From the NCBI GenBank assembly GCA_965112155.1, contig OZ218099.1: DNA of 64,000 bases, one strand, 5' to 3'. The position numbers and the translations under genes were made by a program. Below are positions 36,268 through 46,343 of the stretch, piece after piece. This DNA comes from Podarcis liolepis (Eukaryota). How positions within the stretch are numbered: position 1 is the stretch's first letter; the number at the start of each line of letters is the position of its first letter. The notes beneath the pieces were generated by a model. The model saw only the letters and a program-made list of their open reading frames with translations. It did not search any database and was not told the DNA's origin.

Positions 36268-39200
36268 CTGTTGGGTTGGGGGGGGGGGAGAAGGGAGAGA
36301 AAATATTGAATGTAAATAAGACAGTGAGAAAGGGCATTGTTAGAGCTGTATGGATGTCACAGTGCTGTGAACCGCAGAAAGTGGTAGTGCACGTAGAACT
36401 CGACTTTCTAAAAATGCCTGCTTTCATTTTAAAAAGCACCTCAAGTTTCTAGTCCTTATTGCTGTGAAGATGTATTTGAAAATCTTTGGGGCAATGCCTT
36501 GGAAAACCTCAGCAGGCGGCCAAGAAGATCAGAGGTTGAGGACAGGGCTTCTTTGCTTCTGCCCTTCTCAGAACTACCAAAACTAGAAAACTGAATTGCT
36601 TGCATACAGATTTATTTATTGATTTATTTTAACGTACAGACAGCCCTGGATAGTCTGGCAGAAGGGGGGGGGGATTTAAAGAAAGACTTACTAGATGGAG
36701 AGATTATAAAAACGGCTGGGAAAAGATACTCCTCCAGAATGAGGAAGATTTAGAAATCTTTGGTTGTTTCTACCTCTCAGTGGAAGGGCTGAGGGAAAGG
36801 CCAGCTCAGTATTTAGTGATTGCCTAGAGCAGGGGTGAGGTCCATGCAGCCCTCCTGATGTCGCTGGACCACAACGCCTGTCCATTTAGCTATGCAGGCT
36901 GGAGGTGGCAGATTAGTTCCCAGCCTCGGAAGAATCAACTACAGGGCAAGCCTTACCATAAACACCTCAGCTGTGGTGGTGCTTGGCAGGTGACACACAA
37001 GCAGCCTTCAGAGGCATTTACAGACATGGCTGGTGCTTTCCTGCCAGCCTGCACAGCTCTTTCAACACAGTGGCTGAAGCACAGACAAGCAATTACACCA
37101 GGTTTAGGGAGGCAAGCTTTTGTTGCTCAGCTACATTACACCCCGGTAGGGAGAGGAACTGGCAGAGGAAACAAATGGAGCAGCAAAGAGACCCTGGCAG
37201 CGGGGGAAGGATAGTAAGAGGGGGTAGAATGAGAACAAAAGGCATCAGTGCAGACTAAGGACTAAGAAGAGGCGGAGGAGAGCGTTGTTACAAAACGGCA
37301 CCTTTCTTGGCCAAAAGAGCAGCTTGTTTTCACTTTTGGCCATGAGTGAGTGACTGCCACTTCATTTAAAAACAAACCTTGGCAGGGCAGGCTGCTTTCC
37401 TGGCACTCTGAGCAACACTGTTAGAATAGCCGTGGTGGTATCTCCTTTTGCATGTGCAACTTTTTGCACAGTGGAGAGCACAGTCTTAGACTATGGCCAG
37501 GGGGTGCGACAATCACATATGCAAGCACGGCTCGCCAGTTTGTGGGAGGTTCCCACACCCGTAGCAGCATCTTCACTGGAGAGATGGCTCTGGACACACC
37601 AGTCAGGAGACCCACACAGGTGCCAAGTGGGACCAGTTGTATTCAGAGGCCTGAGACTCTTAGTGGCCTAAAGCACAGCGAGGTTGTCCCCTTCTACTGG
37701 CCTGCTGTGTTTCAAGTTGCAGTTGCACACAACACACCCCAGAAAGGGGGCCGGGATGCCTTCACCTGATGTGTGTTACCTGTTTGGTTTCCCTGCCAAA
37801 CTCCTCTGCGTTAAGTTGTCATCTGAGCATGTGCAATGGTGGTCTCAAATGTACACACCTCAACTTAACGGTGATTGTGGCTTATGTTTTCAAATCAGAT
37901 GGAAGCTGTTGTGAGGGAAAACACGCCAAACAGCAGGATTTCTTTAGAAACTACTGGTTGTTGTTGTTGTTTTGTTATTATTAGTAGTAGTATTAGGATT
38001 AATTGCAGGATTAGTATTAATTGATATCAAGCATAAAATGAGTAAATGAATGACATGTTACAAGGTGCTCCCTTCTTCGGGCTTCAAGATATGTGAGGAG
38101 GCAACTATTTCCTTCCTTTAAATTTCCGAAGGTTCAAAACATTGGTAAATATGTAATTTTGATCTCTGCATAGGGAAGCTGTTGTGGGGATGGCAGCTTC
38201 ATGAGCTGAGAAATGCCAGATAGGGAAAGAATTAAGCACACAGTATCCCAAGCCACTGGCTTCTCTGCCCAAAGCCTTCCTCGCACAAAAAAAGCCTTCC
38301 TCACAAACCTTTTCTTTTAAAAAATGGTGCTGGGACTCGTTAAAGGTACCTGTATCTCATGTGCTTTTAGCCCCTACACCCTTGTGAACAAATGACTTGT
38401 CATGGGAGGCTGTGTGCCCGGATTATATGGGATTATTATTCCTGAAAGGCAGGCTTGAAGTAGTGACTGTGAGGTTTACCTGGATCCCTGTGTCAGAATC
38501 TGTGTGGGTTGCTTGCAGCAACAAAATATGAACAGCCTCTTTGTGCCTCCCCCCCCCCCCCAAGGAATGAGAAAATGTGCCAAGTCAAGTTCCTCAGGTT
38601 TCTTTCACTGCCCTTCAAAAGATAGATGCTTTAAAGTTTGGAACAACAAACTTCTTTAAAAAACAAACATCTCACCATTACCCTCCTTTTCACTTTAAAG
38701 AAGCCTTGAAGACAATACAAATTTTAGGATGATTCTTTTCTGTCCTCCTTCCTTACCTCTGCTTTTTGTTGGATCTGCAAGAGGGCTGAAATCTCTTAGA
38801 AATCCAGCAACACATTCAGGGAACTGGATCTTCCAAAAGACTGTGCCAAAGCATTCCAATGTGCTTATTAATAAGGCTAAAATATGGGTGTCCTGTGGGT
38901 AGATCTAATTCCCTATACTAAAGAGACAAAGTGGTTAATGATAAAATGCGCAGGGAAGGCTTTCCTCATCAGCAGTGTTTCTATCATTTCATATTAATTT
39001 GCCACACACACACACGCCTGCCTTTCCTGCGGGAGTTATTCCCAGAGAGACAAATTTTCAATTAACTTTAATGTCAGGCCAAAGTCCATCTCCACAGCAG
39101 ATGAGTTCCCTTCATTTGGGGAGACTTTACAAATTAACACTGATTTCCCAAGCTATTATGGGAACACTGTGGCCTTGTCAGGCAGTAAGAAAGAGGCCTC

Positions 39201-39513
39201 ACTAAGGTTCTTCCCAAAGACTGGTTTAAAATGGTGACAGTGAAACTACTTCCATAGAGACTCGGTGGAGAAGAGGAATGAAAAAGTCAGTGTTTGCCAA
39301 GTTGTTAGAAAAATCACAACACACTGCAAGCTGAACCGAGGGAGAGCAAGGGATTTAAGTATCTAAGGCAGCCTTTTGCAAACTTGAGTCTCTAGATATT
39401 GCTGAACTTCAACTCCCATTAGCCCCTGCATGCATAGCAAATGGCCAAAGACAATGGCAAAGGCGAGGCTGGGATTGAAAGGTGCATGACTGTTGAGTCC
39501 TTCGCATGCTGCC

Positions 39514-39620
39514 CTGCTAGCCCTATGCCACTTCGCGAGGCTGGAATCTGATCTGAATGATTCACCCGGCAAATCATTCAGATCTGATCCCAGCCTCGCC
39601 ATGTGGTGCAGGGCTGGCAG
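39514..39620. repeat. 49-bp inverted repeat with a 9-nt loop, probably MITE-internal
   Basis: Arms 39514-39562 and 39572-39620; 41/49 complementary by manual alignment. Confidence 0.85.
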
Positions 39621-40214
39621 GAGGTGTGAAGAGCCAAATGTGCAGTGCTCCCCAGAAAAATGTGCCCAGGGTCATCGCCCTGGCAGCGCCCCCGTCCAAC
39701 GCTATGTCCCTGAGTAGGTGTGGTGCAGTGGTATGTACAAATGAGGTCTAATTGCCTTGCTAATTCACAAATGGTAGTCACAACAGCGGTATTATTCTGT
39801 AGGAGAATTTTGCGCATTGCACATAAATTGATACAGGACCACTTATAATGAAATTTGAGTCTTTTAGACTCATCACAGTAAATTTCTGCATACAGTTGAT
39901 TTTTCTTTTACTTCACAAAATAAGTTTTAGGTTGCAAATTCACAACAGAATAGTTTTGTGACAGCTGAACAGTTTTACTGACCAATCCTGGTCAGTGGGC
40001 TATAGAGTAAGGATGAAGTTTTCATTCATTGAAAAATGGATGAAAAATAAAACTCTAAGCTTCAAATTTCATTTTAGTATTTGAACAGCTCTACCTATAT
40101 AGGCTGACAGCAAGAATTGCCTAGGGGTCCATAATCTCACAACTCATGCTTACTGGAAGTCATTGACTAAAATGGGCTTCCTTTTACCTCTTCCGCCACA
40201 GTCTTATACTATAC

Positions 40215-40263
40215 CTTTGGTGTCTTCATCCTCAATGGTGGTGTTTGTGCTCTCTGAAGATTC
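40215..40263 (-). CDS. CAMK2A: CAMK2A exon, ESSESTNTTIEDEDTK(V)
   Basis: ctccag| ... |gtata; 49 bp. Confidence 0.95.
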
Positions 40264-41319
40264 CTGGAGAAAGAACGGAGAGGACAAAAGCAAAATAAGA
40301 TGCACCCAAATGGCTTCCCCCCCCAGAAAAATCCTGACCGGTAACCCATCACCCAGGTTCTACCTCAACAGGATCAAACACTGCAAAGGGACAAAAACCA
40401 GGTAAGCATCAGATAAAAGCACTTGTCAGTAACCACAGATTTTGCTTTGTGACTGTAATACTTGTCTTGACTTTGAAACCACAACTGAGCCGGAGGTCTG
40501 ATTGTGAAGAATCTTGCAGGAGTGAATTCACTAGTATTCCACTGCACTACTATCAGGAGTGAGAGGCTTGACATCTCCTACAGCTAGCATGGGGCAAGAA
40601 GGGCTGTGTAAGGAGTGAAAGACACCATGTTGACTACAGTTGGGAGAGGAATGTACAAATTAACAAAGAGAGGGAGCTAGGATGAGAGAGTGAGGGAGAT
40701 TGTGCAGGAGTGAAAGAGACCACATTGACCGCATAGTAAAGAAAGAAATGTACACTCAAACAGAGAGGGCTGCCAAGAACCACATGGACCGCCAAAGGCT
40801 GACACACACCTCTTTCCATAAACAGCCAACTGGTACACAGATTAACACAGAGAAAGGGAACCATTTGCTTCTCATCAAGACAACTCTGGTAGCTGGACTG
40901 CAACCACCAGTTCATCCCACCAGAGACATATTGCAAACAATATTAAACAGCAGATTGACCAAGGCCGTGCCAGCCATTTGGTCTCCTGTGACCGAACAGT
41001 TCCAGCAAAGCCATATAAGATGGCCTTTCCTTCACGGCTGCTTGGACTGGTGCAGCTTGCAGATCTGCTAGAGGAGAAGTTCCATGGAGAACCTTTCGCT
41101 AGAAAATGGAATTAGGTTCTCAGTGCTCTTGGGCTTCAACTATCCTTCTGCTCCAGCCGTTCCTGTTTAGAAGGATCCCCATAGGGGAGGATGCTGCTCT
41201 GAAGGAATTACTTTCAGCCCTGCTCTCCACACCTCAGAGTGATTCCCCAAAACAGGGAGGGCTGGAACATGTTGAGAGGCCCAACATTATCAGCATTGAG
41301 GAAGACAAAGGACACTCAC

Positions 41320-41352
41320 CATTAACTGAACGCTGGAACTGGACTTTCTTTT
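41320..41352 (-). CDS. CAMK2A: CAMK2A 33-nt alternative exon, KRKSSSSVQLM (alphaB nuclear localisation insert)
   Basis: long pyrimidine tract + ttccag| ... |gtgag; frame-preserving, phase 0. Confidence 0.95.
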
Positions 41353-43480
41353 CTGGAAAAACAAGGAGAAGAGATAGGACAAGAAGAGACACAGAGTGAG
41401 AAAGAAGGAAGAGAGCAGAACATGGGACACAGTGGGTCCTAGGACACCTTTTTGCGATCCTACTAGAAAGGTGAAGAGTTTGTGAATAAATCTGATGCTT
41501 AATGCCAAAGAGTAGTCAAAACTCTCACAATGCAAACCATGCCAATCTAACTTTCCAGCACAATTAACAAATCCATCAGCCTTGTCCACTATTCTATGTT
41601 TGGACCCACAGATGTCTGCATCCCTATGAACCTTAATATCCTGACCCAGGGCAGGGCTCCACCTTAACATCTCTCCTGCCATTTTCTAATCCAATCCAAC
41701 AAAAGATTTCCAAGCTGAAGAGGAATCATGTTTTGAGATCTGTAAATACTAGTCAACAAGCTAAAACTGCCACACCAACTTAACTTGTGGACACAACAAT
41801 ATCTGAATACAGCCCTCCGCAAATGAAATGCTATACTTTTCCAACCCTCCTTGCCACTGTGACTTTGCATCATTCTACTTGTGGCAGCAAAAAGCTGGAG
41901 ACATTAAATACTGGTATTGTTCACTTTGAATCCTAAAAGAATAAAGCCAGAAGAAATCCAAATGATCCTCTACTGCACCGAATGAGGATGGGCATTTTAC
42001 ATCTATAGCATCTCTGAAAGCCTTCATAGACAGTTACACTACTGCTGAACAGTCTTGTTATTCACTAATCTAAATCTGCATTCTCACTGTGATCGAAATT
42101 TGTTGCTTCTCATCCTGTCTTCAGTGATCACTCTTCTAAGGTCATGTCTGCACATCATTTTGGCATGATAATTCAGGTACCAGTAAAGCACTTAAAAGTC
42201 TTCACTATCCACACTAAGATGCAAGCATCTTGCCATTTGCAATGGTTATGAGATAATATCAGTGTTTGTTTGGAGTAGCCCAGTTATAATGCTGTACATT
42301 GCACCAAATCAGAGTGGGGGTTGTTTAGGTGGGATGTGAATACCGATATCAGAGCTAGGAGAGGCTTGCTAGGGCATGAAAAATACAAATGAAGTAGATG
42401 ATGGTCAAACTTTGAGCCAAGTGACGCCCTTTTTCTAGATTTGTTCAAGTGCAGCAACAAGTATCTGGGTGAGAAGAAACAGAACAGCGTGCAGGAATGT
42501 GCTATCACATAGCTTTCACCAGGGATTTCTTTTAAAAGTGTGATAAAACCTTGAGAGAATGACTGAAACCACAGGCAAACTGCAATGTTTACATGGACTA
42601 TGACTGCAGTTTTTAGGAGTGGAAAGTCTGGTTCATATAATCCCAGCATTGTACCAAAGGTGGTAAATCAACACAATGCCAAATGGTGGAAGTGAGTTTA
42701 TTTGCATTGCAGACATGACCTAAGAAGCTCCTTCTATGCCTCAAAGTAGTACTGAACAGCTCACAGAAGAAATCCTGCAAATAATTCAAGATTTAAGACT
42801 TTTGTCTTTTGATTCTTGATGAGCTTCTCTCAACACAGCGCTTTAATGTACATCAAAAGAGAGGCACATCATGTCAGATTCCTAATTATCACTCAAAAGA
42901 GTCTTGAATAAGTTCTCTATTTGCTATCCCACAAATCCATTCTTGGCTTCTTCTTGCCTTCTCCACACTACTTCTTTCTGTCCTGTAGATGAAACTTGGA
43001 AAATGGATCTAGATGAAATCCAGAAAATGCGGCATCTAAACAGGCTCACCATAGGCATAGTGTAGAAGCCTCCATCCTAATCTTCTTCACTATTATTTAT
43101 TTAAAAAGGTATCAAAACTGCATATATCTGGTGAGATGAAATGCGTTCTATGAGCTACAGTAGAATGAGCCCATTGGCACTTGGCGATTCTGACTGCTTT
43201 ATTTCATCATATGATATCCTCAGCTAGCCCTCTACAGCTTCTTCTCCAAAGCCAACCAAAAGACAGAGAACAGACTCTACTACAACTCTTAGATTTGGTA
43301 CTTAAGCTATATATGATGGAGGTAGCTAGGCTCAGATGCATGGTGGCTCCACTGAGAACATACCAAGAACCAAGAACTGTCTAGGAAACCTTACTGGACG
43401 GTAACTGTAGAAGCAATTGACGCAACATGACGCAACACAAAAGTGGTGACCTTATTAAAGTAGGACGTACATACAATAAA

Positions 43481-43590
43481 AGGATGCAACACAGGGCAGT
43501 GACTTTATTAATTTAGGATGTAACAGGATGTGACATGGGGCAGTGATTGCATTAATTAACAATGTAACAGGATGTGACACAGGGCAGTGA
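43481..43590 (+). repeat. 44-bp-period minisatellite (~2.5 copies plus a degenerate upstream copy)
   Basis: AGGATG(C/T)(A/G)ACA..GGGCAGTGA units start at 43481, 43525 and 43569. Confidence 0.8.
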
Positions 43591-45575
43591 ACTTGTTGAG
43601 TATCCACTGGTTACAAGAGGGGCAAAGCCTCTTCTCTCAATAAACTATTTGTGAAAGGGGTCCGTTGTCCTTTCTACTCTCCATGGATAGCATGTTTGCA
43701 GAAGTGGCACATAAATATCTACTTTTTCACTAATAGGTGTAGCCAAAGTAGGGGGTAATATCCTTTCTGCAATGGGGGGGGGGTGTTGCCATTACCATGT
43801 TACTTCAAACACAGTAGGTAGGTTCTTTCTGTTAACACGAACTGGTTAAACCAGAGAGTTTCATCAGAAAGGCAAGCTAACCATGAGATCGTGAACTAGA
43901 CCCCACAATTTGTGGTGCCAACAGCCATCTCCTTCTACAGAGGGGGATATCAAAACCAAACAAGGTGAGGGGGGAGGAGAATCTGCAGCCAAGCCATTTG
44001 ACAATTAAGCCAAGTGGGATTCCACTGCTGGAATTGAGGTCTGTCCATTTGGGGTATTTCTGAAAGGAAATGGGAGTGAGATGACAGTGCCAGGAGTGGC
44101 TGTTAGCATAGGAAATAGGCAGATGGGCAAGCGTAAGTGTATCTCTTGGCCAAGGAATACTGTTGTCAGAATCTTCTTCATTCTTTGAAGAAACCTTTGC
44201 CACATCCTCAGATAGCCACCAAGTCTCAATTTGGCACCGTGGAAAGAGATGCCAGGCAGCTGTCCAGAATACTCCAGTTTGGTTTCCAGAAAAGAAAATC
44301 ATTATAATATCAGCACAAAGCCATTCTTTCAAACGCTAGCATTCAAACTTCACAAATATTTCAGAGCTGGAATGGATGATGTCACTGGAATGAGCAAACC
44401 TGTTCATCCATTAATCTGCATCTCTGCCAAATCAATGAACCAGGTTTCAAGGCATGATATGAGTGCTGCAAACCCAAAGGGATCAATGTAGAATCAAAAG
44501 CCTGGAGAAGGCGAGTGTGTTTGTGTGTGTGTGTTGGGGAGGATTTCTTGTGTCCCTAGTTCTGTTTTCAGTTTTAACCCCTTTCTCCCCTCCTTTTGGG
44601 TTGATGACAGAAACATCTATATTTTCTCATTCCTCCCAGGTTTTCAGTTGACCAGAAGATAGTTCATCAGGCCACCGTGGGAGACTCAGACTCAAATAAA
44701 ACAGCAATGACCTATCTGAAAAGAAAAGCCACTGCTCAGAGGCTCAGTCTAAACTGATGTCCACAGGAGCCAATCAAAGAAAGAGTCATCCTTGCTCCCA
44801 CTCCCCATCCCATCTCCCTCTCTTCCATATTAAGTGTCTTTCAGTTTGTCTTACCTGTCACAGCCCCCTTTACAGGATTAAGAAATGCCCTAGAGCCAAT
44901 TCAAATTGTTGGGCAGGGGGATGTGATAAAGCTCTCTTGGCCGATCCATAACACCTCTAAATTCACTCAGGTGTTGATTTGTTTGGAAGTGCTTCCGTGT
45001 CACGATATTCCTTCACACAGAGATAACAAGCCAGGAAGAAGGCCTGCCTGATTTCTGAGGCACACTGTGGCATAATTCACTCCCACACAAGGACCACAGG
45101 AGCATCAACCTCCAGATTTCTGAATCAGTTGGACTTGTGAGTTGCTGTCCTCTTGTGGGGCTGTTTCACCATGGACTCCAAACATTTGGATTGGCTCTAT
45201 TTCCCCGAAATGACCGTAGCATAGTAACAGTAAGACGGCAGGAGAAAGGCACAAGCTTTTTTTCTCCTCTTTATGAAAAGAAAGCAGGAATGGGAAGAGA
45301 TTATGAGGATATGAGTTAGCCAAGCAAATTGAACATGAGTCAAGGCATCCATTACTCTAAGCAGCAAACTTTGCTTAGGTAAAGGTATTTGTTTTTCCTT
45401 TTTCGCTTTCAGAATGTGGAAATGTATTTCATGATGAGAAGAGGATGATGCAAGAGATCCTTAACACTAAGGGCCTGGGCCACGCAGGGACCCATGACCA
45501 CACAGTCCACCAGCCCAAACATTCCTGCCTTCTTGAGTACAGGCAAGCTGGTGGCTCTATGAGCCCAGGACTTAC

Positions 45576-45616
45576 CTTGACGCCATCGTTCTTCTTGTTG
45601 CCACCACTTTTCCCTC
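45576..45616 (-). CDS. CAMK2A: CAMK2A linker exon, (G)GKSGGNKKNDGVK
   Basis: ccacag| ... |gtaag; 41 bp; alpha-specific linker. Confidence 0.96.
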
Positions 45617-45689
45617 CTGTGGAGAAAAAGTACCACGTCAAGAGGAACAGGCACGGTATCAGGGTCAGCACACTGAGAACCAGCAACAT
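45576..45689 (-). CDS. CAMK2A: Alternative first coding exon of the alphaKAP-type isoform, MLLVLSVLTLIPCLFLLTWYFFST-GGKSGGNKKNDGVK
   Basis: ATG at 45689-45687 is in frame with the linker exon; 24 uncharged, mostly hydrophobic residues; resembles the rodent alphaKAP N-terminus as recalled (MLL..L..LVPCL.LLTLYFLSSTGGKSGG). Confidence 0.85.
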
Positions 45690-45832
45690 GGGGGGAGTTG
45701 TGTGAGAGCAGCAGAACGCAGGAACCAAAGATCACAGATTCAATTCCACCGCTTCCTCTGCTGGTAGCGAACTTGCTTTGCAATGATCCAGAGTTCTGGA
45801 GGAAGTCTCTTTCAGAAAACTATGCAGCTCAC

Positions 45833-46343
45833 CAGCTGGATTACTGGGATCCTTCCCCGTGAAAAGCCACAGCCACTTGTACTCTCGGACTCCCAAATCT
45901 TTGAAGGAACCAGCAGAATGGCCAGCGACGGAGATAGAAGGGAGCTGACAGAGCATTCTCTGACACTTGTTTCCTTCCTGAGAGGGCTCAAGGATCCTTC
46001 AACATGGCTTACAGGGATTCAGTCCTGCCCTGTGCCATCACCCTCACCTCCTGGGCTTGCCTGCCCTGTTTCGCGGTCTCAGATATGAACGCTAATGGCT
46101 CAACTATGATAAGATCAGCGTGCAATTGCCTGCCTGCCTGCCTTTCTCACACTCTGCCTCTTTCGCTAATTTTAGATCCCCATGCTGGTGGGGTCATGTG
46201 CTACAATTATGACATCCTGACAGCTGCAGCCCACATTTTGACAATGATGAAAAGCAGACATCTTCCCCCATGCCTCCCTCCCCCATGACTATCCCAGAGC
46301 CAGCCTCGTCTCCTGGGACTGCAGCCCACTCATAATCCCGCCC
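45833..46343 (-). promoter_or_regulatory. Candidate muscle-type internal promoter/enhancer for alphaKAP
   Basis: MEF2 consensus CTAATTTTAG 46166-46175; E-boxes CAGCTG 45833-45838 and 46221-46226; GC box 46337-46343; all upstream of the alphaKAP ATG. Confidence 0.45.

Noticed and set aside
44855-44889. Strong minus-strand donor CAG|GTAAGA suggesting another linker exon
   Set aside because: The nearest acceptor lacks a pyrimidine tract, and the exon would be 35 nt with an in-frame TAA
40264-45575. Search for beta/gamma/delta-type linker exons (EPQTTVIH, PQTNSTK)
   Set aside because: None found by eye, consistent with an alpha-isoform gene
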